From a virus, in the IMG/VR virus record IMGVR_UViG_3300020045_012645, positions 36,022-100,021 of that record: a stretch of 64,000 nucleotides of DNA, one strand, 5' to 3'. The position numbers and the translations under genes were made by a program. The notes beneath the pieces were generated by a model, which ran no database searches, was not told the DNA's origin, and saw only the letters and a list, made by a program, of their open reading frames with translations. Of the stretch, positions 41,520 to 50,373 are shown in pieces. Positions within the stretch are counted from its first letter, which is position 1; each line of letters begins with the position of its first letter.

Positions 41520-41725
41520 GAGAGGTAATCCTCTAGAAAGGTTACTATATACGTTTTACGCCTCCTGGTAGAGGATCTGCTTCCAGCTGTGTACGAAGTA
41601 CCTGGCGAAGCCAGAAGCTGGAAGCAGATTGAACTAATCGGCAATTGATAGAGGACGATTCGTCTCTCAACCGATTAGTTTCTGCTAAATAGTCTATATA
41701 ATAACCTTACTAGAAGATTGCTCTC
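41520..41725 (-). ncRNA. Retron msr/msd-like ncRNA located downstream of the RT
   Basis: ~31-bp closing inverted repeat (41520-41551 / 41695-41725); unpaired G at 41694; hairpin 41632-41680; 14-bp perfect stem 41575-41588 / 41616-41629 capped by two GAA mini-hairpins; GC-richer than flanks. Confidence 0.8.
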
Positions 41726-42538
41726 CTAGGCTTTAAAAAAGCTCTTTGTGTGACCTTGTAATGCACGTGGATAATAGCATTTCGACCAAGCTGTTAAACC
41801 TCCACGCGAGTGAAAGTTACCTTGATGATCTGCTGCTCTAATTCTTCGCATTGTGTGTCTAGTTGCTCTAATATGATCATGTCCAACATTAATACCTAAT
41901 ATTTTACGATAACCAGATTCCGATGAACGAACTCTTGTTTTGTTTTTATTGATACCAAAAGCGCTTTGTTTTGCTTTTAGTTCTACTAATCCAATAATAT
42001 CTTTAATTAAAAATCTATTATTTGTACTAATTTGAATATCATCTGCATAAATTGTAAATGCATACTTGTCATAATCAACTAACTGGTACTCTTGTGAAGT
42101 ACTAGAGTTGTGTAATTCTTTTAGATTTTTATTTAATTGGTAAACAAATTCAATTGATGCTATGTTTGCCAAAATAGGAGAAGTAGCAAAACCTTGAGCA
42201 CAATGTCCTTGTTTATGGAACAATGGCTCATGTTTTGTTATTTCTCTTGGAAACATTGATTTATTGCACGAGTCAAAGAAATCTGATAAGTCCATGCATA
42301 TTGTATATTTGAATCCAATATGTATAGAAGCTGCTGTTACACAGTTTCTATTTGGAATAAATCCGTGTTGAATATGTTCTACATTTAATTCTTTTGTTTC
42401 TTTTTGATGATATTTAACAAGAATTGGAAGTAATCTTCTCTGGTACTTTAATAAATCTTCAGATGGAGCAGATATTTTACGAGGCTTTCCATTTTTTTTA
42501 GGAATAGAAAAGTCTCTATATGTTAAATCTTTTGACAT
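41726..42538 (-). CDS. Retron-type reverse transcriptase (compact, 270 aa)
   Basis: YRDFSIPKKNGKPRKISAP, HGF..NRNCVTAASIH (region X NAxxH-like), DLSDFFDS, AQGFATSPILAN, YADD, INKNKT, ILGINV (VTG-equivalent). Confidence 0.93.
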   Translation of the reverse strand: MSKDLTYRDFSIPKKNGKPRKISAPSEDLLKYQRRLLPILVKYHQKETKELNVEHIQHGFIPNRNCVTAASIHIGFKYTICMDLSDFFDSCNKSMFPREITKHEPLFHKQGHCAQGFATSPILANIASIEFVYQLNKNLKELHNSSTSQEYQLVDYDKYAFTIYADDIQISTNNRFLIKDIIGLVELKAKQSAFGINKNKTRVRSSESGYRKILGINVGHDHIRATRHTMRRIRAADHQGNFHSRGGLTAWSKCYYPRALQGHTKSFFKA

Positions 42539-42542
42539 AATA

Positions 42543-43385
42543 TTACATTAAATGATTTAGTTGATTTTTTTGAATAAATTTTGTCCAGATTGTATCTATT
42601 TCTTTATCAAGATTGAAATCTGCAATACATACTGTATTATCTGGTCTACCAATATCTGCTTCTACACATTTACCCATCATTTGAGAATATGAAGCCCAGC
42701 CAAATGTTCTTTTTGAATCAGCAGTAAAGAATAAAAATTCTTTTGGAACTATTGGTAATCCGAATTTTTTAAGCACGTATGAATAACAAGTACCAGCTAC
42801 TCTTTCACCAGTATGTTTTGAAGTTGTGTTATGACCTACGTGGTTTACAACAAAAACCCTCATTGGAATTAATCTTGATAGTTCTTTTACTAATGCATAA
42901 AGAGCATAAGATTTTTTCTCAATTTCTGAGTTTGAATAATTATAACTATATGATAAATTTATATAAATATCATGGAATAATTTTCCATCAGTCATTGCTA
43001 CATTTTTGAAGTAGCAATCTCTTTTACCCATCATTGCTCTTTGTTTAGACATACAACCAGTATTTGTTGACGTAAACTCTACATCTCCATATAATAGTTT
43101 AGTTGTAAAACCTCTTGCAATAAGTTTTTCTTTTACTTTTTCTGCAATGTCAAGATAAATTTTGTCATATTCAAGATTTTTTTGATCAATTTTTGCAAAT
43201 TTTTCAATTCCTTCTTTGATATATTCTTTTGCGCTATCTATGTCTTTTACAAGATGTTGATTATCTAATACGTCATTCATAAATGCTATTGGATTATCAT
43301 AATGATTATATACTGTATTGCTTTTCCATCTTGAATCTAAGTTGTCTTTAATTACAACATTTGGTTGATTTGGAACTAAATTCAT
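42543..43385 (-). CDS. Putative MoxR partner protein (degenerate vWA-like)
   Basis: Follows the MoxR ATPase; DIYINLSYS and MRVFVV strands suggest a vWA-like fold without a clean MIDAS; stop 4 bp from the RT start. Confidence 0.45.
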   Translation of the reverse strand: MNLVPNQPNVVIKDNLDSRWKSNTVYNHYDNPIAFMNDVLDNQHLVKDIDSAKEYIKEGIEKFAKIDQKNLEYDKIYLDIAEKVKEKLIARGFTTKLLYGDVEFTSTNTGCMSKQRAMMGKRDCYFKNVAMTDGKLFHDIYINLSYSYNYSNSEIEKKSYALYALVKELSRLIPMRVFVVNHVGHNTTSKHTGERVAGTCYSYVLKKFGLPIVPKEFLFFTADSKRTFGWASYSQMMGKCVEADIGRPDNTVCIADFNLDKEIDTIWTKFIQKNQLNHLM

Positions 43386-43401
43386 AGTTTTCTCCTTTTT
43401 A

Positions 43402-43593
43402 TTAATTTTCTAAAATTTCTTTAAACTCATAGTATGGATCTGAAGCTTCTGCTACTGAGATATTATCTGGATCAAAATGTTCATCAACTAGAGCTTGAAA
43501 TCCACCATCTTCATCATCTGTTTTTAGAAGTGGAATTAGTTCTTCTGGAACTTCCCACTCGTAAATATCTGTATTTATTACTAAAATTTTCAT
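43402..43593 (-). CDS. Small acidic hypothetical protein
   Basis: 63 aa, coupled to the ATPase stop. Confidence 0.6.
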   Translation of the reverse strand: MKILVINTDIYEWEVPEELIPLLKTDDEDGGFQALVDEHFDPDNISVAEASDPYYEFKEILEN

Positions 43594-45230
43594 TAGTTAT
43601 TCACCTCTGGTACTGATGATTTATCAAGTTCAGCTTTGATTAATTGTTCAGTAACTTCTCTTTCGATTTCTCTAGGAGTTAATCTATCAATATCTTTGAT
43701 ATTTTTTATGTATTCTAAACCATATCTTAATGCTAAATGATGATTTTCAAGATTTGCATTGATTATCTTACCTCTTGTGATTGTAGCCTTATCAAGCTTA
43801 GATCTTCCGTTATACACATCTGAGTATTCAAGAGTATTTAAAGTTGCTATAAGTCTAAATTCTGGATGAATAGTTATAAGTTTATCAGGGAATTGAAACT
43901 GTTTATTTTTTAAACTATTCAGAGCCAGAAGTGTATTTGGATTGCAAGCATCCATTTCATCAAGAATGAAAATTTTACCTTGTTCAACTGCTTCTCTTAA
44001 TAAAGATGGAAAGTATGTACCATCAGTAATTGATTTATATCCCAATAAGTCATCAACAGTTAATTGAGCATGACCTTGTTGAAGAACAAATTCTCTACCT
44101 TTGTTTGATGCATATTCTATAGCAATTTGAGTTTTTCCGCACCCTGCTGCACCTACTAAATAGCAAAATTCGCTTCTTGCAACATTTAATGGATGATCAA
44201 GAGTTATTTCTATTAATTTTAATAAATCAATTTCTTTTTCAACTAATCCATCATGCGATATATTATAATGTTTTGCAATTGCATCAATTTGATGATTAAC
44301 TTTAATATCTTGATACTTAATCTCTACATGATATGGAATATTAGAAATATCTTTATCAAGAGTACCACAGCTAAATCTTTTAACATTAATTGTTTCTACT
44401 TTTCTATTGTTAAATTTAGTTGTATAAAATGTTACATTTTTTAATTTATCACTATGTTCTTTAACCAAAGCAAGAGTTTCTTTATCACCTAATAAGAACC
44501 AATCTCCATCTGTAAAAGCAATGTCTCCAATCTCTGGTACTTCAGTTTTGAATATTACATGAGCTTTTTTTGTATCATGTTCAAAACCTTGATCATCTTT
44601 GAATTTATCATCAGTCCAAGCTGAAGGGAAAATAAATTCAGAGATTTTTTTACCTTCAACAATTACTTTACAACCAGTATACATTTCAGGTTTTTGAAGT
44701 TTTGACTTTGGAGCTTTGTATAATGGATTAAGGTATTTTGCATCAACAGTATCTTTAAACTCTACTGCTGGCTCTGATGATGGCATAACTGGTTCTTCAT
44801 TTACCGAAGATGTTCCATTTACTTTATCTGGATCTTCACCTGCGATAATTCTTAAAGCTTTATCATATGGAGAATCTTTCATTGCTTCTGCATAGATTGT
44901 ATGGTATGTTAGAAACTTTTTAATCTCAAACATTTTGTCTTGATTTTTGTCTGAATCTTCAGCTAGCTCAACAAGTAATTGCTGAGCAGCAAATCCAAAT
45001 ACATCATCATCAATTGTGTCTTCATAAGATGAAACATGAGATAAAATACTTGTTGTTTCTTCTTGATTAAAACCAGTTAAAGATAGCAATTTTTTAAAAT
45101 CATCAATTGATAATGGTTTTTTAAAATCAATACCTGATGCAATAATTTCTAATACTTTTTTATGAGATTCTTCGTAAAATCTTTTTGTAACCTTAACGTT
45201 TTCTAGTAATGTTAATAATGAATGAGTCAT
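43593..45230 (-). CDS. MoxR/AAA_5-family ATPase with long N-terminal extension
   Basis: LVGAAGCGKT, DLLG, FILDEMDA, HPEFRLIATLN, LDKATITR; start placed at MTHSLL after AAGGA. Confidence 0.88.
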   Translation of the reverse strand: MTHSLLTLLENVKVTKRFYEESHKKVLEIIASGIDFKKPLSIDDFKKLLSLTGFNQEETTSILSHVSSYEDTIDDDVFGFAAQQLLVELAEDSDKNQDKMFEIKKFLTYHTIYAEAMKDSPYDKALRIIAGEDPDKVNGTSSVNEEPVMPSSEPAVEFKDTVDAKYLNPLYKAPKSKLQKPEMYTGCKVIVEGKKISEFIFPSAWTDDKFKDDQGFEHDTKKAHVIFKTEVPEIGDIAFTDGDWFLLGDKETLALVKEHSDKLKNVTFYTTKFNNRKVETINVKRFSCGTLDKDISNIPYHVEIKYQDIKVNHQIDAIAKHYNISHDGLVEKEIDLLKLIEITLDHPLNVARSEFCYLVGAAGCGKTQIAIEYASNKGREFVLQQGHAQLTVDDLLGYKSITDGTYFPSLLREAVEQGKIFILDEMDACNPNTLLALNSLKNKQFQFPDKLITIHPEFRLIATLNTLEYSDVYNGRSKLDKATITRGKIINANLENHHLALRYGLEYIKNIKDIDRLTPREIEREVTEQLIKAELDKSSVPEVNN

Positions 45231-45315
45231 TTTTTTCCTTTTTATTAATTGGTTTATAAATATATATGTAGTACCAGATATGATATACATTAATAAATCA
45301 ATGATATATTTATTA

Positions 45316-45351
45316 AAAAAAAGGATTGAATAAAAACTCAATCCTTTTTTT
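45316..45351. terminator. Bidirectional intrinsic terminator
   Basis: A-tract-GGATTGA-loop-TCAATCC-T-tract. Confidence 0.7.
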
Positions 45352-45377
45352 GTAGTTTGCTTATAATAATCTAATGA

Positions 45378-45707
45378 TTATAGTAAACTACCACTTGTTG
45401 CAGTTGGAGCAGCAGTAATGTGTCTTAAGATTGCAGAATTTGCAATTATTTTAGCTGTTTCAATAGCTTCGTCACAACCTTTTGGTAATGCTTTAACTGC
45501 ATTTGCAATTTCTACATATTCTCCAATAACTGTCATCCATTTTGATTCATCATCAAATAACATAGAAGCTGGAATGTTTCCATGAACTGTGTTTACCATA
45601 GCTTTTGCTTCATCTGGCATAGCTGCATTATAAATTTTTACTGCATTATCAACTGTTTCAGCTAATAATTCGAAGTCTTTTGTTTGGATTGCTTTAGAAA
45701 TACTCAT
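45378..45707 (-). CDS. Hypothetical protein
   Basis: Likely start MSISKAIQ after AAGGAG. Confidence 0.6.
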   Translation of the reverse strand: MSISKAIQTKDFELLAETVDNAVKIYNAAMPDEAKAMVNTVHGNIPASMLFDDESKWMTVIGEYVEIANAVKALPKGCDEAIETAKIIANSAILRHITAAPTATSGSLL

Positions 45708-45856
45708 TGGTATGTCTCCTTTTATTTGTTTTAGTTTATTGAAGTTTAAAGTCTTTTCGGACAAAGATTTTCGTCATCCGATATAATACAAAATTATATC
45801 ATAGAAGAATTTTAAATTAAAAATCATAATCCGATAAAAGTTACATTATCTGGTAC

Positions 45857-46351
45857 TTATGGTTTAAGTATATTCTTTAATGCTTTTATTTGAATATCTA
45901 TCTTTAATGATAGATAATTATTTTCTATTTTGTACATTACAACACCTAATGTTCCATCTTCATACTCTATTTCTGGAGTATGATTATTTCCTGATGCTGT
46001 TGTTGTGTTATGAATATTACTTATTATTAAATATTTATTATCTAACTCGCAAGTTATCATATTAAATTTATCATCTAGTTGTTTTGAGAAATTGTAATAT
46101 GTTCTATTGTGTGGTAATTTTTCATTTTCACCAGGAATATATACTTCTGGAGCATCAATTGATGTTAAAATATCATGCTTTGAATTTGTATTAGAAATAT
46201 TACTTCTTCCATCTTTTGTTAAATTAAATCTTCTTCCGTATTTATATGAAAAAATATTTGGAAATCTTGCTAAATTGTTTTTGTCTTCTTTTATAAAGTC
46301 TGCAATATTTAACTTTCTTGTGACATATGATTTATTTTTATTAAATATCAT
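45857..46351 (-). CDS. Hypothetical protein, local paralog family member
   Basis: MIFNKNKSYVTRKL N-terminus shared with seven nearby ORFs. Confidence 0.6.
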   Translation of the reverse strand: MIFNKNKSYVTRKLNIADFIKEDKNNLARFPNIFSYKYGRRFNLTKDGRSNISNTNSKHDILTSIDAPEVYIPGENEKLPHNRTYYNFSKQLDDKFNMITCELDNKYLIISNIHNTTTASGNNHTPEIEYEDGTLGVVMYKIENNYLSLKIDIQIKALKNILKP

Positions 46352-46397
46352 AATTGTTCCCTTGGTTTTAAATGTTGTTTTATTATACTATCTAACT

Positions 46398-46841
46398 TCA
46401 TTTATAATTATTTATTATTTTTTTTAGAATAAAATATTTATCTGCTAATTTTGTATTAATATCTGATCCACTTTTAAATCTATTAATTGATATTTTTTTA
46501 CTTATACTATCTTCTACAAATCTTAAATCATCATTGTTTGTTTTTATAGTTCTTAATCCGTAAAATATATCACTTCTTGCGAACCAATCTTTATTGTCAT
46601 TCGCATATATTACTTCAAAATTGTTAGTAATGTATACAAAATTACAGTCATTAAATAGATTTAAAAAGCCAATATCTAGTATTATGTTTTTTACTTGTGC
46701 TGCTGAACCAGATGATGAAACTACATAATTTGTTGTTCCTTCTATGCTATTTGCTGAATATTCTCTTTCTGTTGGATTTATTGAAATAAGTACTGGTTTT
46801 AGCGATCTATTTAGGTATAAATTGTTATTTATTATTTTCAT
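46398..46841 (-). CDS. Hypothetical protein, local paralog family member
   Basis: MKIINNNLYLNRSL. Confidence 0.55.
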   Translation of the reverse strand: MKIINNNLYLNRSLKPVLISINPTEREYSANSIEGTTNYVVSSSGSAAQVKNIILDIGFLNLFNDCNFVYITNNFEVIYANDNKDWFARSDIFYGLRTIKTNNDDLRFVEDSISKKISINRFKSGSDINTKLADKYFILKKIINNYK

Positions 46842-46844
46842 TCA

Positions 46845-47414
46845 TTATTCCTCTAAAAGATTTCCACCACCAGAATATTTTTTGACTTTGTTTTTCGTCA
46901 TCCAGTCTTCTTGCATGTTTCTAAACTTTTCAGGTATTACATCGCCTCTTGTGTTAACAATTGGTATAGCAGCATCTATTGCTCTCGTAAGATACACTTT
47001 TATATCTTCTGGTACTTCTTTCTCTATTTCTTCTTTTGTTTTTTCGTATCTTGCTTTGTTTCTTAATATTTTTTTTGCCAACATTGATTCTCTCGTTTCT
47101 GCATTTGATATTTTAATAAATGATTCTATTTTTGGTTTTACATTTTTTGTTGATGAATCTTCTTTTATTTTGTTATTTTTTAAATTGCTTGAATTTGGTT
47201 TTTCTACTTCAAAAAAGTGTCTCCATTTCCTAAGCGTAAAAGGAGATATATCTAGTAATTCTGATAATTTGTTTAGACTTAGCTTGCCTTCAGTCATAAG
47301 TACCAGAGCTTCTTCTTTTAGTTTATCTGGATACATTTTTACACAACCTTTCATTGCAACTTGTAGGCTCATTCTGTTCTTTAAGCTTTCTATTTTTCTT
47401 AATATTGTTTCCAT
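46845..47414 (-). CDS. HTH-domain protein
   Basis: KEEALVLMTEGKLSLNKLSELLDISPFTLRKW. Confidence 0.6.
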   Translation of the reverse strand: METILRKIESLKNRMSLQVAMKGCVKMYPDKLKEEALVLMTEGKLSLNKLSELLDISPFTLRKWRHFFEVEKPNSSNLKNNKIKEDSSTKNVKPKIESFIKISNAETRESMLAKKILRNKARYEKTKEEIEKEVPEDIKVYLTRAIDAAIPIVNTRGDVIPEKFRNMQEDWMTKNKVKKYSGGGNLLEE

Positions 47415-47647
47415 TTATTTATTCCTAATTTTATCTTCTATTTGTTTGAACTCTTGTCTCAATTGTTCCATATAATCTTCTGGTACTGGTGATTGATTCT
47501 CTATTAGTTCTACTTTTTCATTATATAACCATTTATCTGCAAATTCTTCTACATCTTTGTTATAGATTGCACTTATTGCTGTTATTGTATTTCTACCATT
47601 AATTTCTTGAGTAAATAGTAATGTAGTTACTTCGTTGAAATTTATTT

Positions 47648-48118
47648 TCATTTTATACTCTTTAGAATTTTAAATATTTCATCGAAATTGTTATTTAAAA
47701 AAGCTGATTCTATTTGTTTGTATTGTTCTTTGTATTCTACGTAATCTATATGCCAACTTGCTACTTTTTTTTCAAACATAAAGTGAAAATCAACATCCCA
47801 ATTGTTATGATTAACTTCCCATAGTTTTTGAAGCTTGCAATCTCTTGTTGGATAGAAAGCATTAAATGAACCATCTTTTTTTTTATAATGAAATTCTATA
47901 TTGTATGTATTGTGGTCTTTTGCTATAAGTGCCAGATAATTTGATTTTGTTAATTGTATTATATTAACATTTGGAAATAAATCTTTGTGATATGGAGGTT
48001 TTGTTTTTATTTGAATAGTATTTGTATCAATAACTGGTACTGATGACTCTGTAGTGTCTTGTAGGATGTCAAAGATAGTTGATTGATCTTTGTGTAGTAT
48101 AATTTGTTCTTGTGCCAT
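47648..48118 (-). CDS. Hypothetical protein
   Basis: 156 aa, GGAG RBS. Confidence 0.55.
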   Translation of the reverse strand: MAQEQIILHKDQSTIFDILQDTTESSVPVIDTNTIQIKTKPPYHKDLFPNVNIIQLTKSNYLALIAKDHNTYNIEFHYKKKDGSFNAFYPTRDCKLQKLWEVNHNNWDVDFHFMFEKKVASWHIDYVEYKEQYKQIESAFLNNNFDEIFKILKSIK

Positions 48119-48159
48119 ATATGGACTCCCTTGATTGTTTATTTCGAAGTCCGATATTT

Positions 48160-48585
48160 TTATTTGTTTAGAACTATATATAGTTTATTATGAGCATCTA
48201 TTATTTTATCTCTATTAGATATTTTATGAATAGCTATTGTTATTATAGGTGTATTCGCACTTTTAACTTTTAGAATATTATACTTATCCAAGATCCAATC
48301 TCCATCATTTATATTTTTTTTTAAACTAGCTGTACTTCTAATAAACATTTCGCAGTCTAGTTTTGTTTGCAATTCAAATATATCAGTAATAAATGATGTA
48401 TTATTGCTTGAAATTGTTTGATATTCATTATCTATTTCTATATAACTATTATCTGCTGAAACTTGACTTACCCATTGTTTTCCTACTCTTATGTTGAATG
48501 TTGAATTGAAATATCCATATCCAGGCATTTTTGCTAATATTTCAAGTTGAGTATTGCAATATAATTTATCTAATTCTAATTCCAT
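48160..48585 (-). CDS. Hypothetical protein, local paralog family member
   Basis: MELELDKLYCNTQL...FITDIF. Confidence 0.55.
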   Translation of the reverse strand: MELELDKLYCNTQLEILAKMPGYGYFNSTFNIRVGKQWVSQVSADNSYIEIDNEYQTISSNNTSFITDIFELQTKLDCEMFIRSTASLKKNINDGDWILDKYNILKVKSANTPIITIAIHKISNRDKIIDAHNKLYIVLNK

Positions 48586-48812
48586 TGTTATTTTCCTTAT
48601 GTTGAGTATGTAGTACCAGATATGGTTCCTCGTCCCTGTTCCAACTTTGCGTTTAGATTGGAACGAAGATTAAAACTAATTTTTATGAATGAGCGAATGC
48701 AATGAGCGAATGAGTAAAGAATTAGTTTTATGCTCGTAGTGGTTCGTAAACGCAAAGCAACCTATAAAATTCTTTTAAAAATCAAGAGTATCAGAGATAA
48801 TGTAGCTGGTAC

Positions 48813-49262
48813 TTATGACTGAGATTTTTGTTTTTCTTCTATGAATTTCCATTCTCGTTGCAAAACTTCTGCTTCCGATCTATATGGAAGATACATAAAT
48901 GGATTAAGTCTATATACACCTCTATCTACTCTCATTAGTAGTTTGTTGTCAACCATAGCTTTTATTATCATAGAAACTTTTGATTTTGCAACTTTAAAAC
49001 TTTTTGATATTTCAGTAGATTGAATATATATTTCAATTTTATTATAAGTAAATAAATCTCTTATAAACAGTAAAAGCTCCAAGTCTTTACCAGACTTAAC
49101 AATTGATAATAAAACAGTATCATAGTCTTTGTAAACCATTCTAAATCCTCCCCTTATTTGCTTTTTTTCTTTAATTTCCTTATACTCAACATCTTCAATT
49201 TCTCCAGTTATTTTGTTTAAGGTTGGTTGTGTTAAAATTCTCGAAACGGTTGTAAATTCCAT
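48813..49262 (-). CDS. RepL-like winged-HTH replication/maintenance protein
   Basis: EISKSFKVAKSKVSMIIKAMVDNKLL...GVYRLNPFMY; upstream TTAAG..TTAAG..TATGAT promoter and palindrome CTATACCT-N7-AGGTATAG (49289-49311). Confidence 0.65.
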   Translation of the reverse strand: MEFTTVSRILTQPTLNKITGEIEDVEYKEIKEKKQIRGGFRMVYKDYDTVLLSIVKSGKDLELLLFIRDLFTYNKIEIYIQSTEISKSFKVAKSKVSMIIKAMVDNKLLMRVDRGVYRLNPFMYLPYRSEAEVLQREWKFIEEKQKSQS

Positions 49263-49578
49263 TTGTTCTCCTTCTAGAACAATATATGCTATACCTCTGA
49301 CACAGGTATAGTGTAATCATACCAGAGGACTTCTTAATTCATCCTTAACCACCTAAATATCATTGTTTATCATACTTTTACAAAAATCACTTCTTATATA
49401 TATAATAAACACTAACATCTTAGCTGGTACTTATGACCAATTCCTTTTTTTTTAAAAAATTTATAGATACTCGATAGTATGTGGAAAAATCCTGTCGCTC
49501 GTATTTTTTTTCCAGCAGAGCTGAAAAAACAAATACCTTCGCTCGGCATTCTTTCCACATGCTATCTTCACTGACAGG

Positions 49579-49989
49579 CTACGATAGCATAAGCTTGGAA
49601 ATTAATCTATTATGTTTTGAGTTTATTTCTACAATATTTTTTAGTGTTGTAGACGAAGATATGAAATTATGCTTATCATTGTTCTTAATTATTGAATCAT
49701 AATTTTCAAATATATTAAATGTATCTGATATGAATGATGTAATTTTTCTAAAATTATGAGGAATAACTGATTGAATTGCTATTGCATTTTTTGTTACAAG
49801 AGTTCCTTTAGAGTACGGACCAATTGATGAAAATGATTTTATGTCATCGTCTCCAAATATTTTTGCATTATAATAATAGTTATCAAGATAAACTCCATTA
49901 TTTGTTCTATTTTCTACTTTTGTAACTAGCATTCCATTTAGTTTTTTTGTTAAATATATAATGTTTTCTTTTAATATTATATCTTGCAT
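49579..49989 (-). CDS. Hypothetical protein, local paralog family member
   Basis: ILKENIIYLTKKL...FISDTF. Confidence 0.55.
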   Translation of the reverse strand: MQDIILKENIIYLTKKLNGMLVTKVENRTNNGVYLDNYYYNAKIFGDDDIKSFSSIGPYSKGTLVTKNAIAIQSVIPHNFRKITSFISDTFNIFENYDSIIKNNDKHNFISSSTTLKNIVEINSKHNRLISKLMLS

Positions 49990-50373
49990 TTATGTGTTCC
50001 TAGATAATATCAGTTCAAGATTTGTAACTATTTGTTTTTGATCTTCTATTTTTTTTATCAAATTAGGAATTGATTGTTTAATTAAATAAGACAATACTGC
50101 TGCAATTTGTGGTTTCTCATAAATATCAAAACTTTCAACATCTTTTGTACCCATGATATATTCTCTTAATTTTTTTGCTAATGAAGTTGATATGCCAAAA
50201 TTGTTAATACTTCTTGTAGATAGGTATTCATCAATAGAAGTTGATATTACATCTAATTCATCTTTTGAAAATAATTTAGTATATGCATCATCATCTTTTT
50301 CAAGGCATTGGAATTGAGCAGACCAATTGTTTGTGATTGACACTTCAGATAAACTTACAATTTTTATGCACAT
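49990..50373 (-). CDS. Hypothetical protein
   Basis: 127-aa ORF in operon. Confidence 0.55.
   Translation of the reverse strand: MCIKIVSLSEVSITNNWSAQFQCLEKDDDAYTKLFSKDELDVISTSIDEYLSTRSINNFGISTSLAKKLREYIMGTKDVESFDIYEKPQIAAVLSYLIKQSIPNLIKKIEDQKQIVTNLELILSRNT

Noticed and set aside
41726-42538. RT as DGR or group II intron RT
   Set aside because: Motifs are retron-like. I saw no TR/VR repeat pair, Avd-like gene, maturase domain or intron domain V.
46744-47475. 243-aa + strand ORF and other antisense ORFs in the track
   Set aside because: Shadows of real genes on the opposite strand; F/S/L-rich composition, no RBS.
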